23,057 nt of DNA from Chthonomonadales bacterium. Its GTDB lineage: Bacteria; Armatimonadota; Chthonomonadetes; Chthonomonadales; Chthonomonadaceae. Location of the stretch: assembly GCA_038217285.1 (NCBI GenBank), contig JBBQPO010000067.1, positions 1-23,057 on the forward strand, written 5' to 3'. The position numbers and the translations under genes are program-made. Under the pieces are notes generated by a model. The model did no database searches and was not told the DNA's origin. It worked only from the letters and a program-made list of their open reading frames with translations. Positions 8,168-18,490 of this stretch are shown here, one piece after another (the first letter of the stretch is position 1; every line of letters begins with the position of its first letter).

Positions 8168-9373
8168 TCAGCGAACGTCCACATCGATAGGCAAAGAGTG
8201 GTGAATCAGATAGTTTTCGGCATCGGCCTGGCGCAGGAGAGGCTGCGTGGCGCCGCGCGCATCGGTGGCTCGCGACAGCAGGGTCGTGCGTCCAGGCCGC
8301 GCCGGAACGTTCCATTTCATCTCCCAAAAGCGCCAGGTAAACCGCGTCGATTTGCCGAGAAGCTTTGTCGGCTGCCAGCTCAGACCGCCGTCCGCACTGA
8401 CCTCGACGCGAGTGATCTCCGAGTCGCCTGTCCAGGCCGCGCCGTAGACACGGTAGACCGAGCCTGCGGCGATGACTTCGTGCATATCCGGGCGCGCGAT
8501 CTGCGACTTGACCTGCATCTCCGTGATCGGCACACGCGTCGGGACGCCGTTCGCGCGTTCCCAGATCGCATAGTCCACCGACTGAAAATGCCCGTTGAAA
8601 GGCCGCACGGTCACGAGGAGCCGCGTCAGCCATTTCACCGACGCAACGCCGTACCAGCCCGGCACGACCACGCGCAGCGGGAAACCGTGCGCTACGGGCA
8701 GGTCCGCACCGTTCATGCGATAGGCCAGCAGCACCTCCGGGCGGTTCGCCTGCGCGAGGGGCAGGCTGCGGGCGAAATGGATGGCGCCGCTCGGCTTCGG
8801 CGGATCTTTGAGCTCGCCGCTGTCCGCGCCCTCCAGCACGACATCGACCGCGCCGGGTTGCACACCGGCCCGTTGCAGGACCGCCCCGAGCGAAACTCCC
8901 GTCCACTCCGCATTGCTCACCGCGCCCAGCTCCCACTGCGCGCCCTTGGCGGCAGGCGACAGAAAGACCCGACCATTGCCCGCGCACTCCAGCGTGGCCG
9001 GCACGGTGCGGGACGGCATCTGCATCAGATCGGCCAGCGTAAGCTCCAGTGGGGTCTTGACGGCCCCCTCCACCCGCAGTCGCCAGGTCGCCGGGTCGAG
9101 CGTTGGGACGGCGAAATGGCTGCGGATATAGAACCGGTCGTTCGGCGTCACAAAGGTGTCCAGCGCAGAGAAGGGAAACTCCAGGTTCTCCGGCATCTTC
9201 TCCCGGATGATCATTCCCGGCAGCCGCCGACTCTCCTGCGCGGTCGCCACCGGGATCTGCCCCTGCGCCCGATCCTCGTGCAGCAGAACCGCGAGCGGAA
9301 GTCCCGCCGCCGCCGCCCTTAAGAAGTCGCGCCGGTCCATTCCGTGCGCCCGTAAACGTTGCTCGTCACTCAT
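8168..9373 (-). CDS. Tat-exported sulfite oxidase family molybdopterin oxidoreductase
   Basis: Tat motif DRRDFL, FYIRSH, LECAGNGR (Mo-ligating Cys), HGFPLRVVVPGWYGVASVKWL, C-terminal dimerisation domain (SRATDARG). Confidence 0.9.
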   Translation of the reverse strand: MSDEQRLRAHGMDRRDFLRAAAAGLPLAVLLHEDRAQGQIPVATAQESRRLPGMIIREKMPENLEFPFSALDTFVTPNDRFYIRSHFAVPTLDPATWRLRVEGAVKTPLELTLADLMQMPSRTVPATLECAGNGRVFLSPAAKGAQWELGAVSNAEWTGVSLGAVLQRAGVQPGAVDVVLEGADSGELKDPPKPSGAIHFARSLPLAQANRPEVLLAYRMNGADLPVAHGFPLRVVVPGWYGVASVKWLTRLLVTVRPFNGHFQSVDYAIWERANGVPTRVPITEMQVKSQIARPDMHEVIAAGSVYRVYGAAWTGDSEITRVEVSADGGLSWQPTKLLGKSTRFTWRFWEMKWNVPARPGRTTLLSRATDARGATQPLLRQADAENYLIHHSLPIDVDVR

Positions 9374-9400
9374 TACAAAATCCTCCTGCTCACGGTTCGA

Positions 9401-11080
<1,680 letters not shown>

Positions 11081-11176
11081 CTACCTCCCCGCTGCATTCC
11101 TCTCTTGACGACGCTTAAAAAGAGGTTTAGTCCTCCCCCGTTTTCATATCCGAAATCCCCGCCCTGCAATTTTGAT

Positions 11177-11206
11177 GGAACTTTGTGGGACGTATTCAGT
11201 TATAAC
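11177..11206 (+). promoter_or_regulatory. Candidate ECF-type stress promoter for dps
   Basis: GGAAC (11177-11181), 17-nt spacer, GTT (11199-11201), overlapping TATAAC (11201-11206). Confidence 0.4.
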
Positions 11207-11256
11207 AAGTGAGAGTGTTCGTGCAGAATTCAACCCCCTACAAGGAGTAAAGGCCC

Positions 11257-11832
11257 ATGACGGCTACAACAACCCATCCTATAGTGAAGACGGACATCAA
11301 GCATTCTAGTGACAACGACAGTATCAAGAGCTACCCTGCGCCGCACCAACTGGCGACCCCCACCGATCTGGAAGGCATCAAAGACATTGTGAAGGCCTTG
11401 AACCCACTCGTTGCGGACGCTTTTGCTTTGTACGTCAAGACCAAAAATTTCCACTGGCATCTGGCGAGCAGCCATTTCCGCGACTACCATCTGCTGTTCG
11501 ACGAGCATGCCGATCAGATTTTCGCGACCATTGATCCCATCGCCGAGCGCGTCCGCAAGATCGGTGGCACGACCATTCGCAGCATCGGCCACATCGCCCA
11601 ACTGCAAAGCGTAAAGGACGACAACCAGGACTTTGTCGCACCGCTCGACATGATGCGCGAACTGATGCAGGACAATCAGAACATGGCGGCCAACATGCGT
11701 AAAGCGCATGAGGTCTGCGATAAGCATAAGGATGTGGCGACGGCCAGCCTGCTGGAAGTGTTCATTGACGAAACCGAACGGCGCGTCTGGTTCCTCAATG
11801 CGACCGCGCAGGGGGACACCAACACACGATAG
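11257..11832 (+). CDS. dps: DNA starvation/stationary-phase protection protein (Dps, ferritin-like)
   Basis: LYVKTKNFHWH, HLLFDE, D.IAERVR, DVATASLLEVFIDETERRVWFL. AAGGAG RBS. Confidence 0.95.
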   Translation: MTATTTHPIVKTDIKHSSDNDSIKSYPAPHQLATPTDLEGIKDIVKALNPLVADAFALYVKTKNFHWHLASSHFRDYHLLFDEHADQIFATIDPIAERVRKIGGTTIRSIGHIAQLQSVKDDNQDFVAPLDMMRELMQDNQNMAANMRKAHEVCDKHKDVATASLLEVFIDETERRVWFLNATAQGDTNTR

Positions 11833-11907
11833 GCAATAAACCCGTGTTCACCGACGATAAGATCCATTTCGTGATCGAGGGACACCAACACACGATAGGC
11901 AATAAAC
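11813..11907 (+). repeat. Two identical 29-bp direct repeats separated by a unique 37-bp segment
   Basis: GGGACACCAACACACGATAGGCAATAAAC at 11813-11841 and 11879-11907. Copy 1 contains the last dps codons and the stop. Confidence 0.95.
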
Positions 11908-11926
11908 GACTGGCAGCAATATCCAA

Positions 11927-11972
11927 GCAGCGCGAGCAGGCATTCGATTGCCTGCTCGCGCTGCCTTTCTTT
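11927..11972 (+). terminator. Rho-independent terminator of dps
   Basis: Perfect 16-bp stem GCAGCGCGAGCAGGCA-ttcgat-TGCCTGCTCGCGCTGC followed by CTTTCTTT. Confidence 0.85.
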
Positions 11973-12137
11973 GAGAAGGCGTGTTTTCTGTGCGTGTAAG
12001 CGTCGCGCTGCGTGAGCGACCAGAGGCTTACCGCTGTATTCTCCCCTACCTTCCGGTAGAGCGCGCCTGAATCGCCATACGTTGTTCTCTCCGCTGATCA
12101 GAGCGGTGACCTGGGCGAACACCGCTATATTGAAGGG

Positions 12138-12724
12138 ATGCAGGGGAGGGAAACCGATGCCAGGGAGTGTGTGGTGCGCCTGCTCAACCTCGCTGAAGGA
12201 TGGCTCGAACAAATCTCCACGCTCAAAGAGCAGAACCAACTCCTCCGAGACGAGATCGCACGCCTGAGGGGACAGCAGGGCAAGCCCAATGTCAAGCCCA
12301 ACAAGCCCCAAGTCGATCATTCCAGCGAAGCCCACTGAAGAGAACCCAAGGTCTGGAAGAAACAGCCCAAGCGCGATCTTATCGAGGTTCACCACACCTG
12401 TGAACTCCTCCCCGATCTCTCGACGCTCCCTGCAGATATCCAGATCAAAGGCTATGAAGACTTCGTGGTGCAGGATCTCAAACTCGTCTGCGAGAATGTC
12501 CGCTTTCGCCGCGCCAAGTTCTACTCCCCTTCCACCAAGAAGACCTATCTCGTTCCACCAAGAAGACCTATCTCGCTCCCTTGCCCAAGGGCTACGAAAG
12601 CCATTTCGGGCCGGGGATCAAGTCACTCGCCCTCTTTTTGGGATATGCCGGCAACATGAGCCAGGCGGGCATCCACCACCTGTTCACAAGCGCCGGAGTG
12701 ATCCTATCCACCGGCGTTCCCTAA
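12138..12724 (+). pseudogene. Degenerate IS66-like transposase (N-terminal fragment)
   Basis: Joined reading: ...LKEQNQLLRDEIARLRGQQGKPNVKPNK...SSEAH*REPKVWKK...LPADIQIKGYEDFVVQDL...RFRRAKFYSPSTKKTYL/APLPKGYESHFGPGIKSLAL...GVP*. In-frame TGA at 12336-12338, frameshift from a 23-bp duplication, truncated before any DDE domain. Family assignment by resemblance. Confidence 0.7.
12530..12575 (+). repeat. Perfect 23-bp tandem duplication
   Basis: TTCCACCAAGAAGACCTATCTCG x2 (12530-12552, 12553-12575). Confidence 0.95.
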
Positions 12725-12744
12725 CGGGCCCAGATTGAAGGGCG

Positions 12745-13110
12745 CTATAGGGGTTCAATGGTAACCGTTCTGCCATCGGCGAACGGAATGTTGACCTCAT
12801 ACCCCTCCAGTAATGACGTGCCGAGGAGAGGACGTTTGCCAGTAGCAAGAACTGCGACCGTACGTACTTCGCCATTCCACAATATCCTAGCGCGATGGAC
12901 GTCAACCCGGATACTGGAGTCGTCCGCCAGATTCGCAATCAACTCCTGATCAAAGGGAAGACCGAGAGCGGCAACGGCTTCTGGTGGCATTGTCAATGCC
13001 CCCTCAAATCCCGTATCGATCACGAATTCCATCTCGATGCTGGGCTGGCCTGCCAAGAGAAAAGCAACGCCGATGCGTGCCTGTTGACCTGCTACATAGC
13101 CAATGGTCAT
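12745..13110 (-). CDS. Clan AA (retropepsin-like) single-lobe aspartic protease
   Basis: FVIDTGFEG catalytic motif, LADDS flap-like segment, PLLGTSLL motif. 121 aa. Confidence 0.85.
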   Translation of the reverse strand: MTIGYVAGQQARIGVAFLLAGQPSIEMEFVIDTGFEGALTMPPEAVAALGLPFDQELIANLADDSSIRVDVHRARILWNGEVRTVAVLATGKRPLLGTSLLEGYEVNIPFADGRTVTIEPL

Positions 13111-13379
13111 TGCAGAGTCCGGGTCAGTGTGCCACCGAGAGAGTACGCAGCATCGTAGCCGATTCTGGCTCCGAAAAGTGCAGCGCCTGGATGACTGGCA
13201 AAAATGTGATCTGCGGCCACGATAGGGTCGTCGGCAATGGCATAATCGCCTGTCTCAATATCGATTGCGATCATCTTGCCGATGTTCTCTTCCGTCTCGA
13301 CTTGCCTGCGTATGTCCTGTTTGTAGAGTTCTTCTCCACGCCGAGCGATCTCTTCACCGCTGAATCTTGGATGTCCCAT
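13107..13379 (-). CDS. Small protein, DUF5678-like partner of the aspartic protease
   Basis: 90 aa with GEELY...GKMIAIDIETGDY...RIG. Strong AGGAGG RBS. Stop overlaps the protease start (ATGA). Confidence 0.7.
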   Translation of the reverse strand: MGHPRFSGEEIARRGEELYKQDIRRQVETEENIGKMIAIDIETGDYAIADDPIVAADHIFASHPGAALFGARIGYDAAYSLGGTLTRTLQ

Positions 13380-13398
13380 TTCCGTCGCCTCCTGGATC

Positions 13399-14448
13399 TC
13401 AACGCTTACCTCTTGATTTTACCACAGTGGATAGTTCTGCCAGTTTCACAGGACGGCCTTCGGTAGAGCTGAGTTCGAGGGCGTAACAGACGGCATGGGT
13501 CTTCGCAGCATCGGCGAGATTGACGAACGATTCGCGCTCCTCCTGGATGCAGTCGAGGAAGTGGGCGATCTCGCCGTCGAAGGGGTGATGCGCGACGTCG
13601 CCGCTATCAGGGCGAATGGTCGGCACGGTGATCCAGTCGGTCTGGCCGGCGAAGAACTTCTGCGCATAGATACGGTTGTCGCGGATCGCGCCCTTGTCGC
13701 CCAGCAGGTCGATGTTGAAGGCGTACGGGCACTGCACTTCGAAGGAGGCCGAAACCTTGCCCACCGCGCCCCCGGCAAACTTGACGATCCCCACGACGGT
13801 CGTGTCGTACTCGTAGGCAGCATTGCGCCGATTGCCGTAGGCGGTCACCTCGACGATCTCATCCTGAACGAAGGTACGCAGCGCATCCACGGCATGGCAG
13901 CCCGCCGAGAGCCAGACGCTGCCCGCGACTTCCTTCTTGACGTTCCAGCGGTACTGCGCGTACTGGGGCCCGATGTTATGCCAGTAGTCCACCTCGGCGT
14001 AAAACAGATCCCCGATGGCGTTCGCCTGAAGCATCCGCTTGATCCACTGGAACTGCGGATTCCAGTGCAGGACGAAGCTGACGACGGTCCTCACGCCTGC
14101 ACTTTCGACAGCCTTGAGCATCGCGCTGAGCGAGGCAGGATCGTTGGCGACGGCTTTTTCGATGAGCAGGTGCTTGCCCGCCTGCGCCGCGAGAATCGTC
14201 TCTTGTGGATGGCAGTTCGGGGGGGTGCAGATCGAAACAGCGTCTACCTCCGGGTCTGCCAGCATCGCCTCGTAACTGTCGTAGATGCGGGCGTCCGTCA
14301 ACCCAGTTTCACGCGCCTTCGCCTCCGCTCCCTCCCGCGTGCGACTGCACAACGCGACCACGCGACAGTCCGCGCGTTTGCCATACGATTTTATGTGCTC
14401 CCCTGCCACCCAGCCCGTGCCGTGTATGGCCACGCCGATCGTTTTCAT
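13399..14448 (-). CDS. Gfo/Idh/MocA family oxidoreductase
   Basis: IHGTGWVA..H, DPEVDAVSICTP...H, AGKHLLIEK, GCHAVD. GAGGAGG RBS favours ATG 14448. Confidence 0.9.
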   Translation of the reverse strand: MKTIGVAIHGTGWVAGEHIKSYGKRADCRVVALCSRTREGAEAKARETGLTDARIYDSYEAMLADPEVDAVSICTPPNCHPQETILAAQAGKHLLIEKAVANDPASLSAMLKAVESAGVRTVVSFVLHWNPQFQWIKRMLQANAIGDLFYAEVDYWHNIGPQYAQYRWNVKKEVAGSVWLSAGCHAVDALRTFVQDEIVEVTAYGNRRNAAYEYDTTVVGIVKFAGGAVGKVSASFEVQCPYAFNIDLLGDKGAIRDNRIYAQKFFAGQTDWITVPTIRPDSGDVAHHPFDGEIAHFLDCIQEERESFVNLADAAKTHAVCYALELSSTEGRPVKLAELSTVVKSRGKR

Positions 14449-14489
14449 CACCGCCTCCTCTTGTACATTTTCAAAATCGAAAGTTGTGG

Positions 14490-15419
14490 TCAGTGCATCT
14501 CGGTTTCGCAGGTTCCGAGGCCGCCGCGATAGTAGTTGAACTGCACATCGGGATGGTCTGCGAGCAGCGACATCGGGACGGCGGAGTCGGCGATCCCTTT
14601 CGAGATCATCAGGGCCGTCAGGCGCATGCCGAACGGGTTGTCGTGGTGTCCCGGATGCCAGATCGAAACCTTCTCCGCCAGCCAGGTCTGCACGGGCCCT
14701 ACGGTCATGGCGTGAGTCGGGACCAGGGGGATATTGCCACCCCCGGACGTACGCGCGTTCTGAACGAGCGTCAGCGGGTGCAGTTCCACGCAGCGTGTAC
14801 CGAGGCGGCGATAGACTTCCGGTGCGGGAGGAGCGTCCCGGTACAGACCTTCCCGCCGCACGGGATCATTGAAGGCCCAGTGCTTCACCTCGCCCTGCCC
14901 GCCCTGCATGACCGCGCACCGCACTCCATGCCAGGACGCTTCATAGGCGTGAACATCCGCTTTGGGAAAGTGTAGGTTCTCGGACGGCATTGCAAGTTCA
15001 GGGCGGAGGCGATCAAAACAGAGTTCCCTGTCCGCGCGGGCGAACGATAGCGGATGGCTCTCCTCCACCTCCTTGCCGTCGAGAACCCACTCATCCATGC
15101 CCCAGAAGTGCGCACTGCGCAGTGAAAGGCCGAGTTCGTTTACCAGCAGCGCCACTAGCGGCAACTGCTCCGTCGGACCGATGGGGCCGCACAGGCCGAC
15201 CGGGTTGTCCGGGGTCGCCGCCTGCCAGGCGCGGATATATTCGAGCGCTTCGGCCAGGAAGAACTCCGCCAAAGTGTCGTAGAAAACGATGCGGAAGCCA
15301 GGGCGCGCCAACCCGGCCAGATCTTCGGCGCTTAGACGGGCGGCATCCTGCAACAGTTCGGGATCGAGCGTTGTATAGTCCCACCAGTCGGGGGCGATCT
15401 TGCTGAGTGGACGCGGCAT
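14490..15419 (-). CDS. Glucosamine-6-phosphate isomerase/deaminase-like (NagB-fold) protein
   Basis: [35 protein letters not shown] (variant of GIG.NGHIGFNEP), VPMSLL..HPDV. Confidence 0.75.
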   Translation of the reverse strand: MPRPLSKIAPDWWDYTTLDPELLQDAARLSAEDLAGLARPGFRIVFYDTLAEFFLAEALEYIRAWQAATPDNPVGLCGPIGPTEQLPLVALLVNELGLSLRSAHFWGMDEWVLDGKEVEESHPLSFARADRELCFDRLRPELAMPSENLHFPKADVHAYEASWHGVRCAVMQGGQGEVKHWAFNDPVRREGLYRDAPPAPEVYRRLGTRCVELHPLTLVQNARTSGGGNIPLVPTHAMTVGPVQTWLAEKVSIWHPGHHDNPFGMRLTALMISKGIADSAVPMSLLADHPDVQFNYYRGGLGTCETEMH

Positions 15420-15441
15420 AAATCTCTCCTGGTTCGTTGGC

Positions 15442-16221
15442 CTACCCTGTGGGGGTGCTCGGTGCTACCGCGCCCAGCAGGGTGGCAAGAAGGTCTTCCG
15501 TTGGGTGCGGATGGCCGAGGTGCTGACAGAACCCTTCGGCGTAGGCCACGCCGATCTGTTCGCCACGATGCGCGCTCCAGCGTCGCATCGTGGCGATGTA
15601 CTCATCCAGTCCGTGCTGACGCCGAAGCCACGCGCGTTGACTATCGTGGCAGGCGAGGGCATCGGCTTTACGCTCGATCTGCCCGGATATATCGACAAGA
15701 CACCGAACCGGTGTCGGATCGCCGAAGAGGTCGTGGCCCCCGATGGCGTCGGTGTAAAAGAGCGTGGGAATCCGAGAGGCGGGGCGTTCGCCGCCATCCG
15801 TCACGTAGTTCGGCACAGCGGCATTGAAACAGGCGTCTCGCACCAGGCGGGACGTAATCTCATGGTCCGCCATGTAGTCTACGGGAGGCGTCGTGAAAAT
15901 CAGGGTCGCATCAATACGCCGCAGCAACGCTGTAACCCGCCGCCGGGACGGGTTATCGAACACGATCTCCAGGTCGGAGAACTCCAGGCAGGAATAGCTA
16001 GCTGCGTTCAGAACCTCGGCCCCAAGGCGCGCTTCCACGCGCCGCACCGCTGCGATCTCGCTCCGGCTGAGTTCTTCAGCCCCCTTGTCGCCAGGGGTCA
16101 TCGTCGCAATATGAATCTCGAATCCCAGTGCCTGCAGGCGGAGCAGTGTGCCCGCACACAGGATTTCGCAGTCGTCCGGGTGCGGCATAATCGCCAGCGC
16201 CCTCCGGTTTTCTCTCTCCAT
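15442..16221 (-). CDS. PIG-L/LmbE family Zn-dependent deacetylase
   Basis: [45 protein letters not shown] before ATG 16221. Confidence 0.9.
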   Translation of the reverse strand: MERENRRALAIMPHPDDCEILCAGTLLRLQALGFEIHIATMTPGDKGAEELSRSEIAAVRRVEARLGAEVLNAASYSCLEFSDLEIVFDNPSRRRVTALLRRIDATLIFTTPPVDYMADHEITSRLVRDACFNAAVPNYVTDGGERPASRIPTLFYTDAIGGHDLFGDPTPVRCLVDISGQIERKADALACHDSQRAWLRRQHGLDEYIATMRRWSAHRGEQIGVAYAEGFCQHLGHPHPTEDLLATLLGAVAPSTPTG

Positions 16222-16377
16222 GACGGTCTCACCTCGCAGAAATATTGTTCTTACCACGACCCAATTCCTTCCGTGCTCGGCATCCCCGCTTCGTTTCCGG
16301 CAAACCCGCTCCCGAGTGGACAGCAGGATTACGATGCAGATGGTAGAATAGAGAAGCGACTGTAGGAAATAGAACGC

Positions 16378-17742
16378 GTGTCGCCGGTAAAGATCAAGCA
16401 CGTAGGCCACGGGAGAACTAATTTGGAAGAGATCGAACGACCGGAAAGCACGCCCGCGAGTGTAACGCAGGAATCGGCCGCTGATGCACCTGGGCTGACG
16501 ACAGCAGCTCGGGTGAAGTCGCGCTCCCGGTGGAGATTTCTCAAGGGTGCGCTGGCGGTCGGCGTCGTTTTGGCCTGTTTGACGGTAGGCATGACGGTCG
16601 GCTACCTGGATCGTACCAGCAACATATTCAGGATGTGGCGGAAGGAGGCGCTGCGGCACCCGATCACCGTCATCACACATCCGACCGATCCGCTGGCCGC
16701 GTTCACGCCCGCGTTGCAGTTGCCACCGAAAAGTCAACACGTCGTAAACCTGCTGCTGATCGGCGCCGACAGCGATTATGAGGAGGCCCGGCCGGTCGCT
16801 CTGAAGGACACGCATGGTCGCAGCGACGCCCTCATGGTGGTTCAGGTCGATTTCGACAAGAACAAGATTGCGGTCTTGAGCATCCCCCGCGATACGGCGG
16901 TCATCATTCCGAACTACGATGGCCGGATCCATAAGATCAACGCCGCGCATGCCTACGGCGGTCCGCAGCTTGCGCAAAAGACGGTGGAGAGCGCCTTTGG
17001 CATTCACACCGACTATTTTGTCAGCCTCAACTTCGAGGCGTTCCAGAAGGTCGTCGATGCCATCGATGGGGTCGATCTGTCCATTGGACCACTCCCGCTT
17101 GACTACGATGACAACTGGGGGCACCTGCACATTCACTTGAAGCCCGGCTTTCAGCATCTCAACGGCTATCAGGCGATGGGATACGTGCGTATCCGCCATT
17201 TAGACGACGATCTGCACCGTGCCGCACGTCAGCATGAGTTCATGGAGGCGATGCGCGCGAAGATAATGCGCTCTGATACGTTCCTGAAACTCCCGGAAGC
17301 ACTGAACCAGATCACCAATAACATCGACTCTAACCTCCTGTCGGCGCAGCAACTGACGTTCGCCAACTTCGCGCGCAGCGTTCCGAAAGGGAGTTTTCAG
17401 GTGGCGACCCTCCCCTCGACCGCAGGACGCAGTTTCGTCTATGCCAACGTGCCCGAGAGTGAAAAACTGATCTCTCAGATGTTCTTTGCCGGTCGCCCCA
17501 ACTCCGTAAACGTGACGGTTCCCGAACGACCTCTGATTCCGTCGCGCCGTACTCTTCTGGCCCGCGCGAACAACACCGAGCATCGCCGTCGGCATCGGCG
17601 GCGGCGGAGTGTGCCCTCCCTTCCCAAGGCGCCTGTCGGTCCTTCCAGTGACGATCCCGGCAGTCCGGTCGTTCCCGATCCGACCTCCCCGCTGTCGAAT
17701 GGAACCGGCGCTGCTTCCCATGAAGGCGCCTACGGAGCCTGA
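16378..17742 (+). CDS. LCP (LytR-CpsA-Psr) family protein
   Basis: Single N-terminal TM helix, NLLLIGAD, GRSDALMV, LSIPRDT, KINAAHAYGG, YVRIRH..DD..RAARQ. Arg/Pro-rich tail. Confidence 0.9.
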   Translation: MSPVKIKHVGHGRTNLEEIERPESTPASVTQESAADAPGLTTAARVKSRSRWRFLKGALAVGVVLACLTVGMTVGYLDRTSNIFRMWRKEALRHPITVITHPTDPLAAFTPALQLPPKSQHVVNLLLIGADSDYEEARPVALKDTHGRSDALMVVQVDFDKNKIAVLSIPRDTAVIIPNYDGRIHKINAAHAYGGPQLAQKTVESAFGIHTDYFVSLNFEAFQKVVDAIDGVDLSIGPLPLDYDDNWGHLHIHLKPGFQHLNGYQAMGYVRIRHLDDDLHRAARQHEFMEAMRAKIMRSDTFLKLPEALNQITNNIDSNLLSAQQLTFANFARSVPKGSFQVATLPSTAGRSFVYANVPESEKLISQMFFAGRPNSVNVTVPERPLIPSRRTLLARANNTEHRRRHRRRRSVPSLPKAPVGPSSDDPGSPVVPDPTSPLSNGTGAASHEGAYGA

Positions 17743-17780
17743 ACCCGCACCTTTGCCTCCGAATTTCGTTGTCGTCCCCC

Positions 17781-17829
17781 AAAATGTGCCATTTCGCAGA
17801 TGTCTTCTTCCTGTTCGCTGGAATACAAT
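17781..17829 (+). promoter_or_regulatory. Box B: AAAATGTGCCATTTCGCAGATG plus -10 element TACAAT
   Basis: Box starts 119 nt before the pilin 1 ATG. TACAAT at 17824-17829. Confidence 0.7.
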
Positions 17830-17899
17830 AGGATCACTGGAGCGGAGACGTTCCAAGAGAAACTCGACATTCCTAACCCGCTCTGACAAGGAGACACTC

Positions 17900-18313
17900 A
17901 TGATTCGCACCCAAATGCTCGCCTCTTTCCGAAACCGCAAAGGTTTCACGCTCATCGAGTTGCTCGTCGTCGTTTTGATCCTCGCCATCCTCATGGCCGT
18001 CGCCATGCCGCTCTACCTCAGCGCGGTCGCCGACTCTCAGAAGAAGACCTGCCGCGCCAATATGCAGACCATCGCCAACGCCGTCTCAGCCGCCCGCGTC
18101 AAGAGCGGCGCCAGTGACTTTACCTCCCTGATCGCCGGCGGCGTCACCACCACCAACGTGCCCGACCTGACGGCGGTTCCCGCCTGCCCGGTCGCCGGGA
18201 TTACGGCCTACTCGCTCGCCAACGGCACCGGCGGTGCGGTCTCCTTCAAAGTCGTCTGCTCCACGGGCCTTGCCGTGCACGGCAAGTTCGAGCCGGGTGT
18301 AGACAACAACTAA
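17900..18313 (+). CDS. Type IV pilin / pseudopilin-like protein, paralog 1
   Basis: Class III signal RNRKG|FTLIELLVVVLILAILMAVAMP. AAGGAG RBS before ATG 17900. 137 aa. Confidence 0.92.
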   Translation: MIRTQMLASFRNRKGFTLIELLVVVLILAILMAVAMPLYLSAVADSQKKTCRANMQTIANAVSAARVKSGASDFTSLIAGGVTTTNVPDLTAVPACPVAGITAYSLANGTGGAVSFKVVCSTGLAVHGKFEPGVDNN

Positions 18314-18329
18314 GCCTGGACCCGCAGGA

Positions 18330-18359
18330 CTGTGCCCGGCCACCTACGGTCGGGCACAG
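18330..18359 (+). terminator. Strong hairpin after pilin 1 (leaky terminator or mRNA stabiliser)
   Basis: CTGTGCCCGGCC-acctac-GGTCGGGCACAG, 12-bp stem with one G-U pair, poor U-tract. Confidence 0.55.
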
Positions 18360-18490
18360 AGTTCTGTCAGAATCCAGCGCGACCTGGCGAGACATCTGCC
18401 TTTTTCGGCCTGGTGTGCATCGGCCATGCAACGCAAAAGACCGATAAAGAGTGCGATCCATGGACACCAACGACTTTTGTGAGGATCCTT

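Noticed and set aside
11813-11907. Canonical CRISPR array
   Set aside because: Only two repeats, no palindromic repeat structure, no leader, no cas genes in the window, and copy 1 is dps coding sequence. Kept only as a repeat and a neo-array hypothesis.
11813-13379. Repeat as the att site bounding the downstream accessory genes
   Set aside because: Both copies lie upstream of the dps terminator, no third copy was seen beyond the accessory genes, and there is no integrase.
15442-17199. 585-aa ORF as a fusion protein
   Set aside because: The N-terminal part is the antisense shadow of the LCP gene. The deacetylase starts at 16221 with its own RBS.
17609-17899. N-terminal extension of pilin 1 (234-aa ORF)
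   Set aside because: It overlaps the LCP gene and the promoter. The paralog and the RBS place the start at 17900.
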